From: Octopus sinensis
Lineage: Eukaryota
Direction: 5' to 3'
Length of the DNA: 64,000 nt
Assembly: GCF_006345805.1 (NCBI RefSeq)
Contig: NC_043000.1
Span: 148,428,001 to 148,492,000 of the forward strand
In this document: piece by piece, positions 25,117 to 39,704 of the stretch
Layout: every line of letters begins with the position of its first letter
Numbering within the stretch: the first letter of the stretch is position 1
Notes under the pieces: generated by a model
The model's database searches: none
What the model was told of the DNA's origin: nothing
What the model saw: the letters and a program-made list of their open reading frames with translations, nothing else
Translations under genes and position numbers: made by a program

Positions 25117-25373
25117 CGCATATATTTCAATAGATGAATGAATTATCCTATGTTTATCGTCAGCATGGAAAATTCGTTGAACCGATACCAGGGTAGCAAA
25201 TTCACGTCAGAAACACGGTTGAAGCGACCTGTCCAAGTGTAGAAACTCCGGGTTCATGTGCAGAAATTTGTGTTATATATGAATAAATGAAAGAATGGAG
25301 TCGAATTTTGTTAACATCTTCGTTCGACTCCATTTTTTCATTTATTCATATATATATATATATATATATATGA

Positions 25374-25409
<36 letters not shown>

Positions 25410-26899
25410 AAATAGAGGGGTAATTAATAAATTATTATTTTTTAATTAAAAAATTGACAAAGAACCCTTACAAAATATATAAAAGAAAATGAGGTGACAT
25501 AGGAAAAGCAATGGTTATGTTAGGAACTTCATTAGCTTACAGCTTCGTGAATCTATAGGATGTTATTCAGGCACTCAGCTACAAGTCCATTGCATCTTAT
25601 AGCAGAAACAGCCGTAAGCTAATGAAGTTCATTATATAACCATTGTTTTTCCTGTGTCATTTTTTTTTTATTACCGTTCTATACTCGTCTAACACTTGGT
25701 TCTGAGACATACGTAAAATGAGTTCTACACCAAGTTATTAGTCTCGCAATGCCTAAGCGAAATATCAAAACACACACACACCATGCTATCTGTTAGTTGT
25801 CTATAAGTACATTCAGTACGAGAATACAGCGGTTACAATTTTATATCGTCGACTAATTTTGATCTATGAAAGAAAAGTAGTTAACCGTTATCCCATTTGT
25901 CATACCAAAACTCAATTCATATTGTCACACGTAACTATTTCGTAGACAGAGTCGTCACTTTAAAGGAGTCTTTTCTCATCATGTTTCGCGAGAAAATATG
26001 TAGTTTTATGCCCACGTACAATTTTAATGCATTTTTGTTATAAGTTTTTGCTATCTTTAAAAACTAAATTGAGAATTTATTATGGTATTTTACGTTCAAA
26101 ACTCAGTCTTCGTGACTGCTAAGGCGTTTAACGTTTTTATCAAAAAAAAAAAAAAGAAAAAGTTTTCTGTTTCTTGTATTTCCAGTTGCTAAATCTGGCA
26201 GCATGAAATCAATTAAATATGAAGCAATATAAATTAAGTCTGAAAAATTTGGCCATGCGTAAATCTGCTTGCTAGTTTATCAATGATAGTCTTTGCGTTG
26301 CTGTGTTGCCGACAGTAGTCCCCGTTTCTGTTTGAGCTTAGAGTTGAACACACTTGAGCACATGTGCAATAAATTAAATCTGTGTTGCCGCTCATGTATA
26401 ACGCTTATGAAGAGCAAAGCGAATGTAAGATGTTGTCTCAATAATAGAATAAGGATTAAGCAGAATGTATCGTCTGTTCTAAAGTATTTAAATGGAGAGA
26501 CGGTTCTACGCCATTTTTATCTTTTCACTTGAAATTCTTTCATGCTGCAAAAAACATGAGGAATTAGTGAACAAAGAATTAAAAAATAATCAAAGTAGTT
26601 TATTGAAAAGAAGAAAAAAAACGTGCTATTGAAGATGTTGCAATATTATCCGACAAAAACGATTTTAGTTTTAACCGAATTGCTAATCGTTTTTTAAATC
26701 AAGTAGACTTTTTAGAAATTGACTTAGAGCTAGATTTCTACTACCAATACAACAAATATTAGGAAAATGGTACTGAACAATTTGCATTCTTAATTTAAAT
26801 ATCAAGGTAATATTTTTTTTCACTTTTAATCACTGGATAAGTACTCATCATTATAAGCGCAGGTGTGAATGTGTGGTAAAAAGTTTGCTTCCGGTTATT

Positions 26900-28370
26900 G
26901 ATTGTGTGAAACGCGTGTTTTTTGGCTGTCTTGCAGCGGTGATGTGCGACGGCTTCCCTCTTGTTTAATGGGAGAGCGTCGTGTTATGAATTACGAATGT
27001 TTGAGTTCTTCTTCTTCAGACTTTATGTCGTCTGAGGAAGAATTAGTGAAAAGTCTGAAAAGAATTGACGAGGCTATGGAGGTAAAAAAATTACGCAGAA
27101 GCGGCGCGAAGGAAAAAAAAAACGAAGACGTGAGTCTGGAGGAGTTGAGAAGGTTAAAGGAAATGATTAAAAGAGAGAGGAACGATGTGAAGGTGTTCTC
27201 CCCGCAAAGAAGTTTTAAAAGAAAAATACGGAAAAACGATAATTTACAGGACGTACGCGGTGGCAATGAGAAAAATTGAAGTAGTGTCTGCAGCCCAAAT
27301 TGAAAAGGCGCTGAGACCAGTCTGGCAAGGGATTTCCTACCTTGCCAGGAGAAGAAAGTATGGAACGGTGGAGGTGAAGTTTCGGGAAGTAGCTACCGCC
27401 AGACTGCACTCAGCAACACCGTTAAAAACAGAAGTGGTGCTTCTACCTGTATACCTTGGGAGACGTGCTTCCAGGGTTAGGGTAGAAGACTTTGATGTGG
27501 ATGTAGCCTGGCTGGTGACTGCCATACTGCTAGGCATGGAGGAGTGAGTAGTGGTCCTGCAGGCTACCAGAACCCCCCACAGGAACTGGCAAGGGCAGAA
27601 CCTAGACATGATAGTACAGGTGGCCCCGGAAGGCATTGAAAATATGGTGGAGACCATCACGGTCGGAGAAATGACACTTAGAGTTAGAGTGGAAGGGAGG
27701 ATTCCGCGGTGCTATAAATGTGGCCTGAAAGGCCACATTAGAACGGATTGTCCTCCACCACCTGTGAAGACTAAGGAGAAGCATGGGAGCGAAAAAGCAA
27801 TTGGTCCTCCACCACTCGTGGAGGCTGAAGAGAAGCACGAGAAGGAGACTGAAACTGCACCACAGACGAAAACCAGTACCAACGTCGAAGAAGAGGAGGT
27901 GAATAATGGATGGGAAAAGACGGGAAAAAAGAAGAAAGAGGAGAAAAAGGCACACGTTGTAAATAATGACCCCCATCCCACACCCACCCGGCTCCCATCG
28001 ACACTTACTCTACCTCAACCACTCCCTACAGACACTAACCCTCTCCGTACCCCACCTGACATAAACACAAGCACAATCACGCAGGAACCCCAAATTTCTC
28101 CTACCTGGTTCTTGGATAAATTTGTAATACTGTATAACAGACAAAAGGAAGGACTTTGTAACGAAATAGAGACATGGGACAAAGGGATAAAAGTGGATGT
28201 AACAGAAGTGGGAGTGGGTGCTTGAGGACATTTACTGGGCGGTGGCGGACCCGGAGTATCTTTTGAGATTGAGGAATTACGAGGAAGACATTGACTTTGA
28301 TGTGGATGTAGCCTGACTGGTGGCTGCCATACTGCTAGACATGGAAGGGAGAGTAGTTGTCCTGCAGACA
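26900..28370 (+). mobile_element. Gag-like ORF1 of a non-LTR retrotransposon with one CCHC knuckle, no ORF2
   Basis: ORFs 27260-27547 and 27551-28225 are in frame across a single TGA. They carry CYKCGLKGHIRTDC preceded by LRVRVEGRIP, and a basic/Pro-rich tail. Confidence 0.8.
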
Positions 28371-28479
28371 TCAGCACAATGCCAAAAAGGGTGTTATATT
28401 TTAAAGGAATTTAACATGGACATTTTCCCAAAAAATGGAAATTAGCTGTTACAAATGGTATTATCAATGTTATTATAAA

Positions 28480-28851
28480 CTGTGTGGTAAGTAGCTTGCT
28501 AACCAGCCACATGGTTCCGGGTTCAGTCCCACTGCGTGGCATCTTGGGCAAGTGTCTTCTGCTATAGCCCCGGGCCGACCAATGCCTTGTGAATGGATTT
28601 GGTAGATAGAAACTGAAAGAAGCCTGTCGAATATATGTATATATGTATGTGCGTGTGTGTTTGTCCCCCTAGCATTGCTTGACAACCGATGCTGGTGTGT
28701 TTACGTCCCCGTTACTTAGCGGTTCGGTAAAAGAGACCGATAGAATAAGTACTGGGCTTACAAAAGAATAAGTCCCGGGGTCGATTTGCTCGACTAAAGG
28801 CGGTGCTCCAGCATGGCCGCAGTCAAATGACTGAAACAAGTAAAAGAGTAA
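28480..28851 (+). mobile_element. OK-type SINE
   Basis: Family match; first nucleotides of the head missing. Confidence 0.9.
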
Positions 28852-29059
28852 CAGGGTCAATGAAGTCGCTCGGAGGTGGGGTCGAACAGCTTCATTTCAT
28901 TTTCATTATACTTAATTCATTCTTCCCATTCGTTTTTTTTTTTTGTCTCCACCTTGTGCTGTCCTCTCTATGTATGGCTTCCATTGCCAATATCATAAAA
29001 TAAAGAAGTTTGATTCCCAGACCATGGCACGTCAAGGAATTATTTAAATTCGGAGAATA

Positions 29060-30122
29060 CCAGGGAAAATTACTTTTCCCCAGAAGTTCAAGAAAACGCC
29101 AAAGCATTAAATGAAAGAGTTAAAAGAAATATGTAAAATATTTTGTAAATCTTTTTCAAAACATCTTGTAACTTTAAGCGTAAATATGGGAAGGAAAATA
29201 AACTTCATTTGATTGTAAAACTCGCTAGAATACTCTTTTAACGATTATTCTGAAAGTTAAAAATATATGCATCCCTAAGGTTGTAAGAGTAACTGGATAC
29301 ACAAGGACAATATCAGATGCTGAATGAAATTCTATATAAAATCTTATGAGCGACTCTCTGGTTCATTGAAATAGTTATTAAAAATTGTTGGATTTTATAT
29401 TTTATTTAATTTTCATCGAGGAAACTGATATACTCAAAAGTTGAATAATCAATAAATATTTTGTTGTGAAAACTTAGGTGTAGGAAGAATTTTACCGCCA
29501 TTCAATTATATCAATGACTTTTGGAACGGTATTCTTCTAAGAGATAAAAATGAAGCTGTTATTCATATCATTTCTCCTTAACAAAGAATTGCTACAAAAT
29601 ATTATTTATCCGACACTTCAAAAGCAAGTATTAAAATATGTAGAGAGCAAATGTTTGAAAGATTATATAAAGAACTATATCAGGGAATATGTTATTTGCC
29701 TGAAACTTCAAAAGCAAGTTTTAAAAAATGTAAGGAGAAAGTGTTTGAAAGATTATTTAAAGAATTTCTGAAAAGTTAAAATGAAAGAATTATGGATAAG
29801 AGCGGGAAACAGAACGAAAGTCAGGAAGCCTTACTCGTATTTTTCAAAAGAATATACGAGTACCAATGAAAAATCTAAAAGCCATACTTAAATCAAGAGT
29901 TAAGATACTAATGTCAGCAATGTACTAAAAACTGCTTTGAAAATGTAGTATCTTTAAGTGAAAATACCGAAGAACTAAACTAATTGTTAGCAGTTTACTT
30001 GTTGAGCCAAGGAAGTTTTCTCAGCCGTTGGTTTATTCAAAATCAAATTAAGATCAACTCTGTCAGATAAAGCTGCTGACGCATTTTATTTTTTGGGAGA
30101 TTATTTTAAAAATAAAGATTAA
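29060..30122 (+). mobile_element. Degenerate hAT transposase
   Basis: 30012-30122 translates as EVFSAVGLFKIKLRSTLSDKAADAFYFLGDYFKNKD*, resembling the hAT C-terminal dimerisation domain. A possible N-terminal remnant lies at about 26560-26790. An internal duplication of about 88 nt lies at about 29615-29770. Confidence 0.6.
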
Positions 30123-30672
30123 ATTTCTTTTATGACTGAATGTGGAATCAAATATTAAAAACAGTTAACTACATTGCTACAAGGCTTGCATATCAATTGC
30201 TAAACTTAAGAAAATTTTACTTTTTTTCGCATTTAGTATAATAATACGTTATTAAAAAATGGAATGTTTATATATATATTATTTCCTTGGCCATATAAGT
30301 GTACTTTACTTATTAAATAATTTTTTTTTTACGGAATAAATATTGCAGAGGAAATGAAATTTCTATTTATTTCCTTTCAGATATAAGATTCTTAACTGTG
30401 TCAAAAATCGATTAATCAGTTAACGGTTATGAAAATTCCAGATGATTCTAAATGATTAATTTTATGTTGTCATGAGCGAGCGAGCGCGCGCGTGTGTGGC
30501 AATCGTTATATCATATTCAATGTGGACGTAGTATTAGAATGCCGAATACTGTGATATTCGTCCTGAGAGAACCTTTCATACAGACGCATGGTACTAACAG
30601 CGCGCGCGCATGCACACAGACAGACACACACACACATACACATGCACGCACACACAAACACACACATATATG

Positions 30673-30713
<41 letters not shown>

Positions 30714-31031
30714 AACACTTATTTTAGTGCTGTTGACGCCGCCGGATTGAATGGTACTGCCCAGGTGTCGAAACCATAATGATATCCGTGGGCAGCAGAT
30801 GATGGAGATATGTTGGGTTGTTGGTATGGCTATTTTGTATATGTGGAATAGTATTATTGGATTGTTGGTATGGTTGTGGAATCGTATTATAACACATCCT
30901 TTTGATATATGTAATTACATTTTGGACATACACTTTTCTTATATACATCTGTGTTGACTTTCTCATTGTTGATGCCGTTTCTATATAGATACAAATGTAA
31001 TTCTTTCCCAAATAAATTGAACTTCACATTC

Positions 31032-31102
31032 GAGGCTCCGATGAAGCTATAAGGTGTAATTCAAGCGTCCACTGCATCTTATAGTAGAAACAGCTGAAAG
31101 CT
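31032..31102 (+). ncRNA. Hammerhead motif with a long stem II and two core mutations
   Basis: GGCT | CCGATGA | A GCTATAAGGTG...CATCTTATAGT A | GAAAC AGCT GA A | AGCT. Confidence 0.65.
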
Positions 31103-31789
31103 AAATAAGTTCATAAGATAATCATTTATTCCTTTGTTATCTCCCCTTCAAATATATATATATACACACACACACACGCACATACACACACACTCACTCT
31201 CTCACAAGACAATGATAAAAAGGAAATCCAGACAACTTTTTGAAAAGTGACATTTTGCTCCCCTTGGAGTAAACAGCTGGATTTACCATTACTAAAAGCC
31301 AAGAATCGATCATTATTGACAACCTGACCAGCTGCAAAGAGATCAACAAAAATTTTACTTCTTTCTCTCCCTTTTCTTCCTTTCCTTCTTTTTATTTAAC
31401 ACTTCCTTCATATACAAAAACACACACACATACATACACACACATACATACACACACACGCACATCCGCACACACACACACGCACACACACACACACACA
31501 CACACATTCTCTCTCTTACTTATTCCCCATTCGTCACCCCCTTGTACTATCTTATATCTCTCCCCACTACTACACACTCAATAATACTATAAAAAGAGTC
31601 AATTCCTGCAAAAACTTAGTTCAATTTGAAGACTCCACTAGAATGGACGAAAGCGCTAATATATGATATATGATATAAGTTATATGATGTATAGAAACAT
31701 GTAACATACTGATAAATATCTGTAAATATAAAACCATCTGGATTTCTGAGTACCTCATTTATTCTAATATATATATATTGTTAGCAGGC

Positions 31790-33150
<1,361 letters not shown>

Positions 33151-34366
33151 TGCAAGACTTTTGTAAAGTTAGAGATGTAACTTTATTGTGGCTGTAGTCA
33201 AAATTCCAACGGTAGAGACTTGTTCTTCGTTAGAAATTGGCTACTTCCTTCTGGGATGGATTTGAATAAATAAAAAATTTAAAAGAAAAAACACTCACAC
33301 ACACGTACGTACGTACGTATGTCTTTTATGAACACACACGTACGTACGTACGTATGTCTTTTATGAACACACACGCGCGTGCGTGTGTACTGACGTTCCC
33401 GCCTGCATTAATGAGAGTAGATGTAGTGCATAAATTAGTTCGAGTTTCTCTCTGACTTTGCTTATCTATTTTATGGAAGGTGTTCTTTAATTTTAATATA
33501 TTCTTTTAAATTTTTTCTCGTTATTTTTTTTTTTCGTAACCTTTCCAGTTAGTGAATAAAGGCCGAATTACAAAAAAAAAAAAAAAAAGAAAAAGAAAGA
33601 AAGAAAGAAAAAGAGAATAGACCTTTGAGCAGTAGTAATGTAGTAATGTAGCTTACTTTAAAACGATTTACTGAAGATTGTTGTTGCCTCACTTTAAGAA
33701 CTGTTATAGTTGGCAGGGTGTGTTGGATCTTATCTTAGTTTGCACAGCATTAACAGGCTAAGTGATATCTCTTTCCCGATATAGGATTTCCTTTCTAAGC
33801 AGAGCAATTTACTGAAACGCTTGTCAATTATTCAATGTCCTCATTACCAAAGGCAAATGAAGATCTGTGCCTTCCACCTTAAAATACCAAGACTGTAATA
33901 CTGGATTTTAAGTGTCTTTACGTCAGAGACACGATTTAAAGTGTTTGGCTTTCGATGGTTCTTTATTTCTTATAATCCAATAATTTGTGCGAAAGCTCGA
34001 GGATTATTGTAACTTCTCCTTTTTGTGAGTGATATTGTCGATGTAGAACTCAATAATCCTTCAATAGATTTGCCATTTAAAAGACTTGGAAGTCCACAGA
34101 GATTTTGGATGGACGAATTATATACGCGTTTCCATTTAAAATCATTGTATAAGATGTTCAGGTGCACTACAATTCGTTGGAAAAGGAAAAGGAGGGGATA
34201 TAAAGCAACAAAAGTCAAGTAACTGAAAGTAAAGCAATTTTAACCAAAAGTATTTGCATAAAATAGAGGATAAAGCACAAGACAAAAAAGAAAACAGTGA
34301 AAGAGCCATGAAAAGGTGTTTTAGGCACGTCAGGAGGTGTGTTGGTGAATTTGGGGAATATTGAAG

Positions 34367-36630
34367 TTATTATTATTATTTTGTTTTGGCTCAGGTTTGG
34401 TTTTACTCCTGATAGGATTTATGTGAGTAACGGGTTACTACCTGTAACCTTAGGTATCCACAAGTTTTCAGCAGTCTTTCAAGGATTTAGAACCCTCCTA
34501 ATAATCCTTGCAGTCCTGAAGAGAGAAACTTTCTGTAGGAGCTCTACCGGGCATTCTCTTTACTCTTTTACTCTTTTACTTGTTTCAGCCATTTGACTGC
34601 GGCAATGTTGGAGCAAATCGACCCCGGGACTTATTCTTTGTAAGCCCAGTACTTATTCTATCGGTCTCTTTTGCCGAACCGCTAAGTGACGGGGACGTAA
34701 ACACACCAGCATCGGTGTCAAGCAATGCTAGGGAGACAAACACACACACACACATACATATACATATATATATATATATATATACGACAGGCTTCTTTCA
34801 GTTTCCGTCTACCAAATCCACTCACAAGGCATTGGTCGGCCCGGGGCTATAGCAGAAGACACTTGCCCAAGATGCCACGCAGTGGGATTGAACCCGGAAC
34901 CATGTGGTTGGTTAGCAAGCTACTTACCACACAGCCACTCCTGCGCCTATTCTATTTCAATCTCTTTTAGCCATTTGTCTATATCTTGGCTTACTGTTCC
35001 CAATGCATTAATTATTATAGGCAGACCTTTATTGTTCACATGCTCCAAATTCTTTCTATTGCAAACTTGTATTATTGTATTATTTTGTTTTTCTTCCTCT
35101 TTATTTACGATCCTGGAATCAAATGGGCATGATGGGTCAATAAGTAAGCAACTTCGCTTTTTCTTAGCTACAATCGTTATATCTGGTCGATTATTTTCTA
35201 ATTTCTTGTCCGTTTGAATAGGAAAGTCCCACAAAATCTTACATTTCTCCGACTCCAGTACTCTTTCGGCCTTCGGTGCTCTAACACTGTCAGGAAATCA
35301 AAATGCCAGAAGATCTTTGCCTTCCCCTTTTTGTCCAATACTTTTTCCGGTGTATGTTGGTACCAAGCACCCGTAACCTCATATCCATACTTACAGCATA
35401 GTAGGCAGTGGAGGTTTTGGGCTATTTTGTCGGGTCTACGCTTGGACACTTTCTGCGCAAGTACTAACAATGTGAGTCACACTTTCGACCCTCTTCCCAC
35501 ACATTCTGCAGCGGCCCGACGCACTTGTGTGGTATATATTCTTATTCACTGAGTTGGTTTTCAATGCCTGGTTCTGGACCGCGATGATTAGGCTTTCAGT
35601 ATTCGTTTTTAGGTCATCTTTGTTGAGCCACCTCCATGATGCTTCCTGGTCTTTTAATTTGTTGGTTTCACGGTGGAATTGACCACGTAATTCCGTACGT
35701 AGTAGGGTTCCTTCTGTCTCGTTGGCTGTTCTTGTTCAGAATTCATGAGCACTCTCAAGTCCATTTTTGTTAACTCTTTCTACACTAGCAGCATACTGTA
35801 GCAAGTCTTCTTTGCTGTTTACCAAATATTCTGCTATGTCTCTTCTTGCACTGCTGATGCACTCCCGTGCGCTAATCAGCCCACGTCCACCCTTACCTCT
35901 CTTCATGTAGAGCCTGTGTACGTTTGCCTTAGGGTGGAGGGTACCATGCATTGCCATTGTTTTTCGAGTAGTGCGATCGAGTTGGTTAATCTCCGCTTGT
36001 GTCCATCTCAGGATGGGTACACTATAGCAGACTATAGCAACAGCCCATATGTTGATGGCAGTCACAAGGTTCCTTGAGTTGAGCTTCGATTTCAAGAGAA
36101 GTTTCAGGCGCTTGAAATATGCAGTGGTGATCTTGTCTGCGCAAGATATTGTCCAGCTCCAGGATCCCATCATCATATGGGTCTTCCATTCTCTCTCCGT
36201 TTGGCAGTTCTATGCCCCTACAATCCATTCTTTTCCCCCGCTTCAAAGTAAGCACCGTACACTTCGAGATACCGAATTCCATCCCTATACCCTTGCTGCA
36301 CATTTGCACAGTCTCAACCAACCTCTCCGTTTCAGGCTCTGTTTTGCGAACAGTTTTAAATCATCCATGAAGAGAAGGTGATTGAGATGAGGTCCTTTCT
36401 TTCTCAGCTCATAGTGTACGTTGATTTTACGTAGGACTACAGAAAGTGGGATCAAGGCTATAACAAATAACGGAGGTGAACAAGAGTCTCCTTGGAAATA
36501 CTTCTTTTGATTGTTACCTCGGCTAAGTGCTGGTTGTTTCCCACTAGGCATGCTGTTCTTAATCAGTGCACACACATTCTCAGCTATTCCGCACATGTCG
36601 AGTGTTTTCCCCCTCCCACTCATATTTCAA
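34367..36630 (-). mobile_element. R4/Dong-clade RLE non-LTR retrotransposon, 5' truncated and degenerate
   Basis: RT motifs FQGDS and LNHLLFMDDLKLFAK; CCHC region; RLE motif WDFPIQTDKKLENNRPDI...LLIDPSCPFD; C-terminus EIEIECPVELLQK is continuous across a SINE insertion; (TAA)n tail at 34367-34380. Confidence 0.88.
34553..34948 (-). mobile_element. OK-type SINE inserted in the R4/Dong endonuclease
   Basis: Family match; ATTCT occurs on both sides as a probable target-site duplication. Confidence 0.9.
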
Positions 36631-36644
36631 GCCTTATTATTATT

Positions 36645-36850
36645 GGTGGCGAGCTGGCAGAATCGCTTACTGTGCCGGGCAGATGCTTAGCGGCATTTCG
36701 CCCGTCTTCACTTCTAAGTTCAAATGCCACTGGGTTCGACTTTGCCTCTCATCCTTTTGGGGGTCGATAAAATTAGTACCAGAAGAACACTGGAGTCGAT
36801 TGAATCGATTTATCCCCTCCCCGAAATTGCTTGCTTTGCGCCAAAATTAA
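36645..36850 (+). mobile_element. Deu/Nin-type SINE, alternative tail
   Basis: Head GGTGGCGAGCTGGCAGAATCGC; core TTTGCCTCTCATCCTTTTGGGGGTCGATAAAATTAGTACCAG. Confidence 0.85.
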
Positions 36851-36898
36851 GGATGCAGTGCCTTGATTGTAAACATGAAATAAACTAAACCATGCCGG

Positions 36899-36943
<45 letters not shown>

Positions 36944-37519
36944 GAGTGAGAGAGCAGTGCATGCCATCAAAGTGACACTGGGGTAAAATATACAAAGCCC
37001 CGTATACCCATCATGACTACCCATCTGATAAGGGTACCTCAGGCACATGTGTCACAACCATATGTGCGCGGCATGCTGATCTCATATCAAGATAAACAGC
37101 GCATGACCTTGCAGGTGGGGGCCCAGTTAGAATTTTCTTCTGTTCGAGTAGCCCATCCCGCTCAAAAGGTCCCTGAATAAAGGTTGTTTAAGGATGTTGA
37201 ACGAAACTCCCATATTTCCAGAGATGAATTATTCAAAACCCCAAAGAGTCCCTCTCAACACATGGCTATGATGCTCCCCCACTACTTCTGCTCGTTATCA
37301 GAGATGCACATATCGTCAGCCACTAAAGGACATGCTCAACTGGTTAATGTCAAACAACTGACAAACAAATATGTGATATTGAGCAGAATATTTGCTGTAG
37401 CCCATCTTTTATACCAAGGCAAAACAATGTACATGATAACACTGCCAATTAGTTAAGATCAAAAGCCATGAGAGCCACTGCCTGGTACTGCATCAGGGCA
37501 TTTATACTGCATCAGGGCG

Positions 37520-37520
<1 letters not shown>
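36944..37520. mobile_element. About 580-bp non-coding element embedded in (TAA)n
   Basis: Pure (ATT)n tracts flank both sides (36899-36943 and 37521-37605), with a short tandem duplication at the right end. Recognised from memory as an abundant octopus repeat; not verified. Confidence 0.6.
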
Positions 37521-37578
<58 letters not shown>

Positions 37579-37959
37579 CATTATTATTATTATTATTATT
37601 ATTACTTTTTTTTCTTCTTTCAAATTTGCTTCCATTTCTAGCCGAGTGTCTTCCCGACTCCTAGGGCAAAGAAACTCATAGTATACATTGGTAGGCCATT
37701 AAACCAAACTCAATAGTTCGTTCATTTTTTTTTTTTTTCATGAGCAGCAACAGTTCTCACATCGACAATGCTCTTCTCAATACGTGTGATGTACTTTCAG
37801 AGATGCCAATGTCGTAAGATAAACTGCTAATCAACAAGGGAAATGTTGGATAAAATCATAATTAACTGATCCTCCTATATTTTCTTTTAACCAAAACCAG
37901 GAACTTTTCAGCACCCTCTCACATATATACATATATATATATATACATAAATCAGTCGT

Positions 37960-38790
37960 GTGTATGGGGGGGTGTATTTGTGTGCCCCACAGCTTGACAA
38001 ATGGTTTTGGTTTGGCTTACGTCTTCCGTAACCTAGCGGATTGGCAAAAGGGACCGTCGTAATAAGTAACAGACATTTTAAATATCCCCCTCTCTCTCTC
38101 TCTCTCTTTTCTCTTTTACTTGTTTCAGTCATTTGACTGTGGCCATGCTGGAGCACCGCCTTTAGTCGAGCAAATCGACCCCGGGACTTATTCTTTTACT
38201 TGTTACTCAGTACTTATTCTATCGGTCTCTTTTACCGAACCGCTAAGTGACGGGGACGTAAACACACCAGCATCGGTTGTCAAGCAATGCTAGGGGGACA
38301 AACACAGACACACAAACACACACACATACATATATATATACATATATACGACAGGCTTCTTTCAGTTTCCGTCTACCAAATCCACTCACAAGGCATTGGT
38401 CGGCCCGTGGCTATAGCAGAAGACACTTGCCCAAGATGCCGCGCAGTGGGACTGAACCCGGAACCATGTAGTTGGTAAGCAAGCTACTTGCCACGCAGCC
38501 ACTCCTGCGCCTTTATTATTATTAAGGCTAAATATATATATATTCCTTTATTCTTTTATTTGTTTCAGTCATTTGACTGCGGCCATGCTGGAGCACCGCC
38601 TTTCGTCGAACAAATCAACCCCAGGACTTATTCTTTGTCAGCTTGGTACTTATTCTATCGGTATCTTTTGCCGAACCGCTAGCTTACGGGGATGTAAACA
38701 CACCAACAGCGGTTGTCAAGCGATGGTGGGTGGGTGGGTGGGTGAGACAAACACAGACACAAATATATACATACATACATACATACATAC
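37960..38790. mobile_element. Cluster of OK-type SINEs (degenerate + fragment, full minus copy 38100-38512, partial minus copy 38550-38790)
   Basis: Family matches. Confidence 0.85.
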
Positions 38791-38989
38791 AAAAAGTGCT
38801 GGGAACGATTTGTTCGGGGGATCCTCATTAGGACTGCAACCCAAACGAATAAAACAAGCGAAAGAAAATCTAAAACTTCTGGTAAACAGACTGAAAACTG
38901 CTGCTGATAGCAACGACTGGCGCTGCCGCCGATTTCTGTCATCATCAACACAATTGTCATCACTGCTTCCATTATCAATATCAGCAGCA

Positions 38990-39671
38990 TCGTCGATATC
39001 GCCGTCAGGATCATCATCATCATCACCACCACCACCACCACCATCGTCACCATCAGCGGCATTGCCATCATCATCATCATCATCATCATCGTCATCATCA
39101 TTATCATCATCATCATCGTCATCATCATTATCATCATCATGAATCATCATCACCACCACCATCGTCATCATCATTATCATCATCGTGAATCATCATCACC
39201 ACCACCACCACCACCATCGTCACCATCAACGCCATTGCCATCATTATCATCATCATCATCATCGTCATCATCATCATCATCATCATCGTGAATCATCATC
39301 ACCACCACCACCACCACCATCGTCACCATCAACGCCATTGCCATCATTATCATCATCATCATCATCGTCATCATCATCATCATCATCATCGTGAATCATC
39401 ATCACCACCACCACCACCACCATCGTCACATCAACGCCATTGCATCATTATCATCATCATCATCATCGTCATCATCATCATCATCATCATCGTCATCATC
39501 ACACCACCACCACACCACCACCATCGTCACCATCAACGCCATGCCATCATTATCATCATCATCATCATCGTCATCATCATCATTCATCCATCGTCATCAT
39601 CACCACCACCACCACCACCACCATCGTCACCATCAACGCCATTGCCATCATTATCATCATCATCATCATCG

Positions 39672-39704
<33 letters not shown>

